Source: a virus | Strand: one strand, 5' to 3' | DNA length: 31,874 nt | Virus record (IMG/VR): IMGVR_UViG_3300045988_165319 | Location: 1 to 31,874 of that record | In this document: piece after piece, positions 1-7,205 of the stretch | How the letters are laid out: each line of letters starts with the position of its first letter | How positions within the stretch are numbered: position 1 is the first letter of the stretch | The notes under the pieces: model-generated | What the model saw: only the letters and a program-made list of their open reading frames with translations | What the model was told of the DNA's origin: nothing | Databases searched by the model: none | Made by a program: the position numbers and the translations under genes

Positions 1-55
<55 letters not shown>

Positions 56-59
56 CTAG

Positions 60-68
60 TTATCCACA
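60..68 (+). promoter_or_regulatory. DnaA-box-like 9-mer TTATCCACA upstream of promoter P0
   Basis: Exact match to the E. coli DnaA box consensus TTATNCACA. Identical 9-mers lie at 8504-8512 and 10886-10894. Each sits 30-40 bp upstream of an early promoter -35. Confidence 0.45.
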
Positions 69-109
69 GGCAGATGTCATAATTACTATGTTTTATGTGT
101 GGTTAGGGC

Positions 110-137
110 TTGCGTTTACGGGGGGGCGCGGTATACT
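110..137 (+). promoter_or_regulatory. Early promoter P0 (TTGCGT-N16-TATACT) driving ORF 174-530
   Basis: TAGGGCTTGCGT -35 block shared with P1, P3 and P4, then -10 TATACT, then SD TAGGAGG 7 nt before the ATG at 174. Confidence 0.6.
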
Positions 138-173
138 AATAATGTCAAAAGTTAATAGTTAGGAGGTTTTGAC

Positions 174-530
174 ATGAGTTACTTTTATAAGTGGCGACCA
201 AGCGCCGGCGCCAAGCGGGAATTTGCTCAGAAAATGGCTGAGGTGGATGAATTCTGTCGGTTGCACAACATCGACCAGAGCAGTAGTAGTGATAGTTACT
301 ATTTTACTCTAAACAATAAGCGCTATCGGGTGTCAAATCACACCCGTGAGGCTAGTAACGCCAAGGCGTATGATGTGTTTACTGGTGAGAAGCGGCGCGA
401 GTTCTACCACGACTTAAGCGACACTGAAGAGATTCAGATTTTCGCCGGTAAAACGCGAATTATTCAAATCTACAATGACTTGGTTGCCGGCTATGAGCTG
501 GATGGGCGTGGTCGGCGCAAAACTGCCTAG
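174..530 (+). CDS. Hypothetical 118-aa protein (moron-like, own promoter and terminator)
   Basis: ORF with good SD (AGGAGG-N7-ATG), preceded by P0 and followed by the intrinsic terminator inside DR-L. I recognise no domain. Confidence 0.5.
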   Translation: MSYFYKWRPSAGAKREFAQKMAEVDEFCRLHNIDQSSSSDSYYFTLNNKRYRVSNHTREASNAKAYDVFTGEKRREFYHDLSDTEEIQIFAGKTRIIQIYNDLVAGYELDGRGRRKTA

Positions 531-715
531 CCCCTCTCACCCCGCCCGTCTGGGCGGGGCTTCTTTACGCCCTTTATCTTATTATTGTGCGACATTAGGG
601 GTTAGCGTTAGGGCTATATGTTTATGTGTCTTTGCTTTTTATCGGGGCTTAGGCGGGCGCTGGTGCGGTCGTTTATCAGCATCGGTTAGGTGTCTTGTCA
701 AGGGCTACTACTGTT
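527..715 (+). repeat. 189-bp direct repeat, left copy (DR-L)
   Basis: Identical to 31587-31775 at an offset of 31060 bp, as far as I can read. It contains a hairpin terminator, the TTGTCAAGGG motif and the CTGGTGCGGTC 11-mer. Confidence 0.9.
540..570 (+). terminator. Rho-independent terminator (CCCCGCCC-GTCT-GGGCGGGG + T-rich tail) inside DR-L
   Basis: 8-bp GC-rich perfect stem, 4-nt loop, then CTTCTTTACGCCCTTTATCTT. It lies immediately after the stop of ORF 174-530. The same hairpin occurs in DR-R at 31600-31630. Confidence 0.7.
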
Positions 716-1597
716 GGTCTTCACCCGGGCGTCAATGCTGTTTTTTCTCACATGGGCGTGGCGGTTGCGCTTGGCTAGCAGTTGCCCTAGTTTAGTTGCG
801 CCATCCGGCGCTTGTCGGCGTTTTAGTTCTGTCATCTGGCTTAGAATATTGCCCAGCTCTTTTGTTAATAGTGCCGTATCTCTAGCGCCCACCCCTCGCT
901 GTAGCTGATTAGCTATCCGGTCTCTCATTGCCTCGAGCACTTTCATCTGCCCGCCCTCTTCTTTAGCTAGAGCAACAATATCCACTTTGTCAACGTCCTT
1001 AAGCCCGGCTTGGTATATCTTGTCCATGCGGTACGGGTGCGTGATGATGTCGTGCCAGCGACGCAAAGCGGCCTCAGCCTCGACGTTCAGCATGCCTGTC
1101 TGCAAGATGAGCTTGAGGCGAGCGCTTGGCATCGTCTTGAAGTATGCGAGCCAGTCGTCATATGTGGCGACGTCGGCGTCAAGTAGGCTGATGTTGTAGT
1201 TGGTCTCGAGCCATTGCTGGCATAGCAGTTGTAGCTCCTTTTGGCTCAGTTGGCACACCGCCTCGACGAGCTGTTCATACGATATCGGCTCATCAGGCTT
1301 ATGCTCCACATTGGTGGCTTTTGGTTTAGTTTCATCAGGCTTATGCTCTGTGATAGAGAGTTTATCGATACCCGTAATAAGCCCACTGCCCGCTAGCCCT
1401 AATACAAGCCCTATATGCCAAGAGATGCCGAGGTTTATTCCGATAGCTACCCCGATAGAGGCAGAGGCTAAAATTGTAATAGCCGACTCGATATCATTCT
1501 TAGCGCATCGTTTAATAAACTCCGTTGCCCCTATACAAGCAATTGTTATTGTTGCAATAGCGATTGCCGGTGTCTGCTTTAGTATTTCGCTTATCAT
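698..1597 (-). CDS. Holin-like membrane protein with a large C-terminal extension (299 aa)
   Basis: The N-terminal ~75 aa carry three hydrophobic helices. The gene lies directly downstream of the endolysin. The C-terminal 220 aa are unassigned. The last codons run into DR-L. Confidence 0.45.
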   Translation of the reverse strand: MISEILKQTPAIAIATITIACIGATEFIKRCAKNDIESAITILASASIGVAIGINLGISWHIGLVLGLAGSGLITGIDKLSITEHKPDETKPKATNVEHKPDEPISYEQLVEAVCQLSQKELQLLCQQWLETNYNISLLDADVATYDDWLAYFKTMPSARLKLILQTGMLNVEAEAALRRWHDIITHPYRMDKIYQAGLKDVDKVDIVALAKEEGGQMKVLEAMRDRIANQLQRGVGARDTALLTKELGNILSQMTELKRRQAPDGATKLGQLLAKRNRHAHVRKNSIDARVKTNSSSP

Positions 1598-1612
1598 CTT
1601 GTTGCCCTCCTT

Positions 1613-2290
1613 TTAGTTACAATGCCCGAATATAATCTGACCGTCTAGTGTTCGTCTAGCGATATAGCGCCAGTTACCGCTATTAGCCTTATAAACTACC
1701 CAGCGATAGCCGTTAGTGTCTATGTAGCCTTGATAATTCACTGATTGTCCTCGGTTGTAGGTGGCTACTACGTTGTTGCCGTTAGTATCAGGATTACTCC
1801 TCACCCTCAGCCCATCCACTTCTACATGGAATGTCCCATTTTGAGAGATTACCCCATTTGGCAGGTCTTGCCGTGGAGCTTGAGCCACTGGACGCTCCAC
1901 CACCCACTTATCCAAGGATGCTAGTTGCATACATTGCCCGATTGGGCGAGTGCCTTCGGTAGTGATTAGGGGGCGTTGCCCGTTTTGCTCAAAGTTGGTC
2001 TCACCTCTTAAGTCAATCCAGACGTGTCCATAACCATTGCCCATATTGCTGTTTGAGCATACTCTTAGCCAGCCATCGCCACGTTGCGCTACCCCGTCGG
2101 CTACATATGCGTTAATGACGCTTTTGGCGTTACCTCTTGCTTTCCAGGGGTTAGGTGCGCCGAGATAGTTTAAGAGTGCTTTTATCAGAGCAACACACTG
2201 ACCGTCCAGGTCATGATTGCTTTCATCCTTTACCTTCTTGCCGACCTGGTTTCTCAGCCAAGCTCTGACTTCAGCTTTACTGCGTGACAT
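1613..2290 (-). CDS. Endolysin: N-terminal CHAP peptidase/amidase domain plus C-terminal SH3b cell-wall-binding domain
   Basis: Catalytic Cys (DLDGQCVALIKAL) and His (GYGHVWIDL) are spaced as in CHAP domains. The C-terminal YRWVVYKANSGNWRYIARRTL is an SH3b-like fold motif. SD AAAGGAG lies 8 nt upstream. Confidence 0.7.
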   Translation of the reverse strand: MSRSKAEVRAWLRNQVGKKVKDESNHDLDGQCVALIKALLNYLGAPNPWKARGNAKSVINAYVADGVAQRGDGWLRVCSNSNMGNGYGHVWIDLRGETNFEQNGQRPLITTEGTRPIGQCMQLASLDKWVVERPVAQAPRQDLPNGVISQNGTFHVEVDGLRVRSNPDTNGNNVVATYNRGQSVNYQGYIDTNGYRWVVYKANSGNWRYIARRTLDGQIIFGHCN

Positions 2291-2328
2291 TCTGCCCTCT
2301 CCTTTCTCTTCTCGAGTTGTTTTCTTTC

Positions 2329-2336
2329 ATTATACA
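2329..2336 (-). promoter_or_regulatory. Late-type -10 (TGTATAAT) upstream of the endolysin
   Basis: Minus strand reads GGTGTATAATG about 40 nt upstream of the lysin ATG. It is a one-T-shorter variant of the TGTTATAAT late promoter family. Confidence 0.4.
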
Positions 2337-3619
2337 CCAGCCGGGGTATTCTCCTGCCAGCCCGTTTCGTCGTCATTGTTTCTAAACTTCCACCACCGCT
2401 TACGTATCACATCTACATATTCAGGTGATAGTTCAGCTCCATAACATGTTCGACCTATTTGTTCGCAAGCCATCAAGGTTGATCCACTGCCGAGGAATGG
2501 GTCTAGCACTAGCTCATTGGATTGAGTGCTGTTATTGACCAGATATGCCATTAGCCCGACGGGCTTCATGGTGGGGTGGTCGAGCGATTTATTCGGCTTA
2601 TCGTGTTTGATAACCGTCTGCGGTAGTGTTTCCAGCATCCCTTTTAGCAGAGCCCTCAAGGCGTCTGCGCTCATTGAGTCGATATCGTCTATCTTGTCAT
2701 ATACGGTTGTAAGCGAGCGGTCGGCGATGAAGTAGTGCGATGCCCCCTCCTTAAACCCGTAAATAATCGGCTCATGCCGATAGTGGTAATCGTTGTGCGA
2801 TAGTACTAAGTGATTTTTGACCCAGACCAGGTCTTGAGTGATGTGCAACCCAACGTTCGCCGTTATAGCTTGCCTCACTTCTCTTGCCATCGACGAAGCG
2901 TAAAACACATAGAATGCTCCGCCGAGCTTGAGGTGATTGTTCGCCTCACTAAAGGCTTGCTTCAAAAACGCCTCCAGTTTTTCACTATCAACCTGGTCAT
3001 TGTCAATACTCACCTTTTTAGCTTTACCGACATAGCCGACGCCATAGGGCGGGTCGGTGAGCAATAGGTCGGCTCGCTGTCCGTCCATTAGCTTATCGAT
3101 AATGGTGTGGTCGGTACTATCGCCACATATCACCCTATGTCGCCCCAGCATGTACACTTCGCCAGGCTTACTGACGGGTGCTTCAGTCGATACTGTCGGT
3201 GGAGCGTCTTCAATAATCTCTACCTCTCCCTGGTCTGGCATATCGGGAATATCCAGCCCCCAGTCCTCCAAGGTCGCCACGTCCCAGCTGTTACTTAACT
3301 CATCCCAGTCCCAGTCGCCATAGGGCAGGTTATCCTTTACGATAAACTCTTTCTTCTGCTCTTCAGTTAGCCCCGTTACTTGGACAACCTCTATATCTTC
3401 ATAGCCGAGCTGTTTCAGCGCTCGATAGCGCATATTACCACCCAGGATGATATTGTCCTCGTCGACGATGATTGGGCGTATGCCCGTCATTTCGGGGAAC
3501 TCTCGGATGCTTTTGACCAGCTTAGCTAATTTATCTTTAGTGATGTGACGTGGGTTATTCTTGTTTAACTTGACGTCTTTCAGCCTCAGTCGAATAGTCT
3601 GTTTAGTGAACTTAGCCAC
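2330..3619 (-). CDS. ParB-like nuclease domain fused to a beta-class DNA methyltransferase (N6A/N4C type)
   Basis: The N-terminus has a ParB N-domain pattern (IRPIIVDEDNIILGGNMRYRALKQLG). The MTase part has motif IV (LLLTDPPYG) before motif I (LVLDPFLGSGST), i.e. a beta-class order. GTG start with SD AAAGGAG. Confidence 0.75.
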   Translation of the reverse strand: MAKFTKQTIRLRLKDVKLNKNNPRHITKDKLAKLVKSIREFPEMTGIRPIIVDEDNIILGGNMRYRALKQLGYEDIEVVQVTGLTEEQKKEFIVKDNLPYGDWDWDELSNSWDVATLEDWGLDIPDMPDQGEVEIIEDAPPTVSTEAPVSKPGEVYMLGRHRVICGDSTDHTIIDKLMDGQRADLLLTDPPYGVGYVGKAKKVSIDNDQVDSEKLEAFLKQAFSEANNHLKLGGAFYVFYASSMAREVRQAITANVGLHITQDLVWVKNHLVLSHNDYHYRHEPIIYGFKEGASHYFIADRSLTTVYDKIDDIDSMSADALRALLKGMLETLPQTVIKHDKPNKSLDHPTMKPVGLMAYLVNNSTQSNELVLDPFLGSGSTLMACEQIGRTCYGAELSPEYVDVIRKRWWKFRNNDDETGWQENTPAGV

Positions 3620-3644
3620 CCTTGCTCCTTTCTTAGTTACGGTT

Positions 3645-3653
3645 ATTATAGCA
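3645..3653 (-). promoter_or_regulatory. Extended -10 promoter (TGCTATAAT) for the MTase/lysis minus block
   Basis: Minus strand reads GGGTGCTATAATAACC about 25 nt upstream of the GTG start. It has the TGn extension typical of Gram-positive promoters. Confidence 0.5.
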
Positions 3654-3803
3654 CCCTCTCTTATAAAAGGTAAGAGCCCCGCCGGGTGGGAGGCGAGGCT
3701 TCTTGAAAGGAGACACTCTCATGACAACAGGCGTTGCAATGATGAGTAGTGATTAGAGAATATGCGACCCTAATCACGTTAGTATTATATCGCAAAACAA
3801 GGT

Positions 3804-3870
3804 GGCTAGGCTATTGTGCCTTGGCTCAAACCCAGAAAACCAAGGCGATACAGACAACAATAGCCTAGCC
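3804..3870 (+). other. Long nested stem-loop in the non-coding region (14-bp outer stem, 6-bp inner stem)
   Basis: GGCTAGGCTATTGT at 3804-3817 pairs with ACAATAGCCTAGCC at 3857-3870. The inner stem is CCTTGG/CCAAGG around a 15-nt loop. It is not a tRNA cloverleaf. Confidence 0.5.
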
Positions 3871-4001
3871 TTAAACGTGCGAGCACAGCAACTGTAGATT
3901 ACACAACTATCTGAATGTATGTGGTGACATGTAGTAGAACGAGACAAGCTGTTACGGTGCTATGGCTTCATGTTATCAAGTCACGTTATTTAAGTAAATA
4001 A

Positions 4002-4030
4002 CTATACCCCGGCGTGGAGCCGGGGTATAG
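4002..4030 (+). other. Perfect 12-bp hairpin CTATACCCCGGC-GTGGA-GCCGGGGTATAG
   Basis: Perfect inverted repeat with a 5-nt loop. On the minus strand it is followed by a T-rich stretch (TTATTTACTT). It belongs to the TATACCCC...GGGGTATA hairpin family also seen at 4920-4946 and 5039-5067. Confidence 0.5.
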
Positions 4031-4134
4031 AAGTTAGAAGGTGTGTACCCTACACGGATACCTTTAATGAAAGTATCACGGTGGCGGTTTATTGGCAAGC
4101 TATTTATTGATGTATTTATTACCTATCATAGGGC

Positions 4135-4163
4135 TTGCGTTTTCATATGAGGTTATATATAAT
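4135..4163 (+). promoter_or_regulatory. Early promoter P1 (TTGCGT-N17-TATAAT) with the conserved leader
   Basis: TAGGGCTTGCGT -35 block, 17-nt spacer, perfect TATAAT, then the conserved leader ATCATCAAATGAAAGGAGGAATGATGAG. Confidence 0.7.
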
Positions 4164-4189
4164 AACCATATCATCAAATGAAAGGAGGA

Positions 4190-4909
4190 ATGATGAGAGT
4201 TAATGAAAACCTAAGGAATGCTATCAGCCGAGTAGCTGACTATGAGTGCCTAAAACGAATTGAGGGCGAGGTAATCGGTTATTACCTCATGAAGGGCTAC
4301 ACCGTGCTACATAATAGCGTGGTCATCGATGAGGTGCTGAAGCCTAGCGATGAGGTCAAGCGACTGTTTAAGCGGGCGGGCATAGATGCTAGCGACGATG
4401 CTTATTGGGCGTTACTGGACATGCTTGATAAAGAACGTATTGCCGTTAAGATATGGCGCAAGCGTAACGGTCGGCTTACTTTAAGCAACACGATTGACAC
4501 TATGATTGCTTATCTTACCTGGCAGGATTTAGCCGGGGCGGTCACGCAGGATGATAACGACGAGGTCGTTTACGCCAAGTGCGAACGTGGCGTGCGAGCT
4601 ATGCACTATCTGCCTTACTGGGACGAGCTGGTGGCTGATGCTAAGGCTAAGGCTCACGAGAAGTTAGACAGAGAGTGTCGAGCAGTGGGCGAGAATAATT
4701 TATTGCCCGAACAAAAGCGAGTGATTTTCAGTCTAGCTCTGACCGATGCGCTTTACGATAACGTTTGCCGTAACGTCCTATATCTCAAAGAAAGTGAGAC
4801 TGTTTCGGTGGCTGATTACGAGTTTGGCTCTGCTTCGGCGCTGAGCGATATTGTCAGTAGTATTATCGGACACGAGATGAACATCGTTGCTGATGATATG
4901 GTGTTTTAG
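4190..4909 (+). CDS. Hypothetical protein (~239 aa)
   Basis: The ORF track starts at 4178 (MKGGMM), but that ATG lies inside the SD. Likely starts are the ATGATG at 4190 or 4193, downstream of AAAGGAGG. No domain recognised. Confidence 0.55.
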   Translation: MMRVNENLRNAISRVADYECLKRIEGEVIGYYLMKGYTVLHNSVVIDEVLKPSDEVKRLFKRAGIDASDDAYWALLDMLDKERIAVKIWRKRNGRLTLSNTIDTMIAYLTWQDLAGAVTQDDNDEVVYAKCERGVRAMHYLPYWDELVADAKAKAHEKLDRECRAVGENNLLPEQKRVIFSLALTDALYDNVCRNVLYLKESETVSVADYEFGSASALSDIVSSIIGHEMNIVADDMVF

Positions 4910-4919
4910 GGTAGTAAAA

Positions 4920-4946
4920 ATAGCCCTTCTGATTTAGAGGGGCTAT
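4920..4946 (+). other. Hairpin ATAGCCCTTCT-GATTT-AGAGGGGCTAT just after the stop of gene 4190-4909
   Basis: 11-bp stem with one G:U pair. An A-run precedes it and no U-run follows on the plus strand. Possibly a weak terminator or an RNA stability element. Confidence 0.4.
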
Positions 4947-5038
4947 CCCAGCCGGGCGACGTATTTACAATACGCTTAGTCATTCGACCGCTTACGGCTG
5001 TGCAACAGTACTTACGTCTGTAATATCACAATAATAAA

Positions 5039-5067
5039 TATACCCCTTCTAATCAAGAAGAGGTATA
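5039..5067 (+). other. Hairpin TATACCCCTTCT-AATCA-AGAAGAGGTATA upstream of gene 5107
   Basis: 12-bp stem with one mismatch. It shares TATACCCC/GGGGTATA-type arms with the hairpins at 4002 and 4920. Confidence 0.4.
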
Positions 5068-5106
5068 CTATAGGTGCGAGTCATCTAATTTTGAAAGGAG
5101 ATCATT

Positions 5107-5424
5107 ATGACCGCAGATCAAAATACACCTGGTTTTATTGTACCAGATGTAGGTGAGAAGTCAAGATTTCATGTTGATACTTTCGACTCCACCATTCTTT
5201 ACGACAATTATCTAACAAGTAACCAGAAAGTTGTCTATTTCTATTATTGCCAGCACGACCAGATTAGCGAGACGGCTGAGCAAGTCGCCAGTTTTCTTTA
5301 TTTAGGCGTCAGCACCGTAAAAGAGGCATGGCGTCGGCTCGAGGAGGATGGTTATTTGAAACTTATTGAGAAAAGAGGGCGAGTGCGTACGTACGTCGCC
5401 ATTTTTAAGTGCGGGCTATGGTAA
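5107..5424 (+). CDS. Small winged-helix-like DNA-binding protein (105 aa), possibly replication-associated
   Basis: SD GAAAGGAG 7 nt upstream. SETAEQVASFLYLGVSTVKEAWRRLEEDGYL resembles an HTH/wHTH segment. It sits immediately upstream of the initiator gene. Confidence 0.45.
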   Translation: MTADQNTPGFIVPDVGEKSRFHVDTFDSTILYDNYLTSNQKVVYFYYCQHDQISETAEQVASFLYLGVSTVKEAWRRLEEDGYLKLIEKRGRVRTYVAIFKCGLW

Positions 5425-5441
5425 AGAATAAGGAGGGTAAT

Positions 5442-6500
5442 ATGTCAAGCCAAAATAAGCAAAACTATCTATTAACGCCACAATCGCTTTTTGCGTGTGA
5501 TAAGTTCAGCTTAGCCGAGAAGGTGGTATTGGCTAGGGCGATGAGTTTCGGTAATCATCGCTATTACGAGTCGGTCGAGAAGACAGCATCGTTCTTGGGT
5601 ATAAGCGAGTCGGCAGTTGAAAAGGCGAGGGCTAAGTTTATCAAGCTAGGCTACTTTAAGAAGGTCGGCTATAGCAACAATAGGGTAGTTTATGAAGTAT
5701 GTGACGACATTATTGAGAAAGATTGTCAAGTGAGAAGAATTACAAAGAATGACATTTCTTTTTGTCCGAAACAATCGCAGAATGTGCAACCAACAATCGC
5801 AGAATGTGCGATTTCTCAAAACGATACATATATATATAATAATAAAGAAGATAATAAAGATATAACCCCCCTAAACCCCCCCATGGGGGGTTGTGTGGGG
5901 CAAAAAGACAAAAATGATGAAAAAGGAGAGGTTGACAACATATTTAATTTATGGCTTAGCTGTTTTGGGCTTTCGGAGCGTAAATTGACGCCCGGTCGGC
6001 AAACGAAGATTAGGCGACGTTTGAAGGATTGCGGTAAAGACCAGCTGGAGCTGGCTATCCGCAACGCTAGCCAGGACTACTTCTACCGTGGCGACAATGA
6101 CCGTGGCTGGCAGGCGGACATCGACTACATCTGCCGTTCAGCCGAGATTGTCGAACGATTAGCAAACATGACACCTAGGAGTGAACGCCCTATGACCTGG
6201 TGGGAAGAGAAGCAACAACGTGAGCTTGAGCAGTGCGCTCCCCGCTACGGCGGGTCGGAGCGGGGGTATACCGTGGCGGAAGAGGACGACGACCTGGTTA
6301 TTGCCTCCCCCGACTCTGCTCCCAATCCCGATGCTAAACCGACACCCGAGAAAACAGATAAGCCAGATCAGGATGAAGCTCCTGTCCCGCTGGACATGGA
6401 TGAGCTAAGGAAGCGATTTCTAGAGGGTAAAGCCAGGGCTATCAAGAGAAGGGATGAGGCTTTGAGCAACGATGAGGCGAGAACGAAGGTTGGCTTATGA
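5442..6500 (+). CDS. Replication initiator / phage replisome organizer (N-terminal wHTH plus C-terminal DnaD-like conserved phage C-terminus)
   Basis: Likely start is the ATG at 5442, with AAGGAGGG 6 nt upstream (the track start at 5409 lacks an SD). The N-terminus LAEKVVLARAMSFGN...SFLGISESAVEKARAKFIKLGYF is wHTH-like. The C-terminus DNIFNLWLSCFG...LELAIRNASQDYFYRGDNDRGWQADIDYI matches the replisome-organizer C-terminal family. Iterons lie inside the gene. Confidence 0.65.
   Translation: MSSQNKQNYLLTPQSLFACDKFSLAEKVVLARAMSFGNHRYYESVEKTASFLGISESAVEKARAKFIKLGYFKKVGYSNNRVVYEVCDDIIEKDCQVRRITKNDISFCPKQSQNVQPTIAECAISQNDTYIYNNKEDNKDITPLNPPMGGCVGQKDKNDEKGEVDNIFNLWLSCFGLSERKLTPGRQTKIRRRLKDCGKDQLELAIRNASQDYFYRGDNDRGWQADIDYICRSAEIVERLANMTPRSERPMTWWEEKQQRELEQCAPRYGGSERGYTVAEEDDDLVIASPDSAPNPDAKPTPEKTDKPDQDEAPVPLDMDELRKRFLEGKARAIKRRDEALSNDEARTKVGL
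5771..5809 (+). promoter_or_regulatory. Iteron pair ACAATCGCAGAATGTGC x2 with 22-bp periodicity (putative origin inside the initiator gene)
   Basis: Two exact 17-mers at 5771-5787 and 5793-5809. They are followed by a ~55-bp AT-rich tract and the palindrome CCCCCCATGGGGGG. Confidence 0.55.
5877..5890. promoter_or_regulatory. Perfect 14-bp palindrome CCCCCCATGGGGGG next to the AT-rich tract (origin-associated)
   Basis: Read directly. It lies at the end of the AT-rich stretch 5815-5870. Confidence 0.5.
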
Positions 6501-6592
6501 CCACTAAAAACGCCACTAGACGCATTCTGAGGCACTTTCTAGCCGTTTTTATAGCCAAGATGGGTATTTACCCTACTTTGGGGCTAAAACGT

Positions 6593-6653
6593 CACACAGA
6601 GGCTCTGGTGCGGTCTGAGGGGGTGTTTTGTGGGAGGGTAGGTCTTAGCATTC
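6593..6653 (+). repeat. Conserved G-rich element, copy A (CACAGAGGCTCTGGTGCGGTCTGAGGGGGTGTTTTGTGGGAGGGTAGG)
   Basis: Near-identical copies at 15313-15364 and 31182-31229. The pseudo-ORFs translating as HTEALVRSEGVFCGR are by-products of this repeat. Confidence 0.85.
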
Positions 6654-6692
6654 ACGAGATTGCTTTTTGCCCGCCCCGAATTAGCTCGGGAT

Positions 6693-6721
6693 TTGACAAA
6701 GCGGTATCGTCTTGCTACAAT
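6693..6721 (+). promoter_or_regulatory. Early promoter P2 (TTGACA-N17-TACAAT) with the conserved leader
   Basis: Consensus -35, 17-nt spacer, TACAAT, then ATCATCAATGAAAGGAGGAATGATGAG. Confidence 0.7.
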
Positions 6722-6746
6722 CGCCGTATCATCAATGAAAGGAGGA

Positions 6747-7205
6747 ATGATGAGTAAAAATAAGGGCGTCGTCTATCAGTTGATAGCTTTCAATCGGCAG
6801 ACGAAGGAGGAAGTCGTGGTGGGCTACGGTAGTCTCAACGAGATTTGCGAGCTGATCTACACCGACTACAACTACGATGGGGAGATTACGCTGGCTGACG
6901 AGGATGCTTACGATGCCGTCGTCTCGGTTATTGAGGCGATCCGCAATTCATTGCCGACCGTGGGGCGTAAGGAGGGCGGTTATGACGTGCCGAGCGATAT
7001 CGTGGAAGACATACGGCAAAGCGTCGATGTTGCCGTTACGGACTACGTCGCTCACGCCCATAGGTTGCTGTCGGCTCGAAGTCGTCACCCTGAGCGCACT
7101 AAAGTAGAGCGGTTTAACCAGTACTTTGACAGGATGATAGCCGGCTTTAAGCTTTGTGAGGATAACCCGAGCCTTGTCCATGAGGAAGAAAAGTCGGGTG
7201 ACTAA
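6747..7205 (+). CDS. Hypothetical protein (~152 aa)
   Basis: Start at the ATGATG at 6747 or 6750, downstream of AAAGGAGG. The track start at 6660 is upstream of the promoter. Confidence 0.5.
   Translation: MMSKNKGVVYQLIAFNRQTKEEVVVGYGSLNEICELIYTDYNYDGEITLADEDAYDAVVSVIEAIRNSLPTVGRKEGGYDVPSDIVEDIRQSVDVAVTDYVAHAHRLLSARSRHPERTKVERFNQYFDRMIAGFKLCEDNPSLVHEEEKSGD

Noticed and set aside
174-530. SSSSDS codons (AGCAGTAGTAGTGATAGT) in ORF 174-530 echoing the upstream (TAG)n tract
   Set aside because: It is a short AGT/AGC serine run in frame. It is most likely coincidence and not a second copy of the microsatellite.
650-670. GCTGGTGC in the direct repeats and element resembling the E. coli Chi site GCTGGTGG
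   Set aside because: It matches only 7 of 8 positions. The inferred host is Gram-positive, where AddAB Chi sites are different short motifs. I treat the 11-mer as an unexplained shared core rather than as Chi.
475-908. Plus-strand ORFs 475-795 and 690-908 spanning the 189-bp repeat
   Set aside because: They lie inside a duplicated non-coding repeat that contains a terminator. They have no SD and a Cys/Arg-rich low-complexity translation. They also overlap the 3' end of the holin-like gene in antisense.
6497-6757. ORFs 6497-6757 and 15274-15522 whose translations share HTEALVRSEGVFCGR
   Set aside because: The shared peptide is only the translation of the triplicated G-rich nucleotide element. 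The ORFs have no RBS and cross terminator hairpins. The third copy of the element (31182) is not in an ORF at all.
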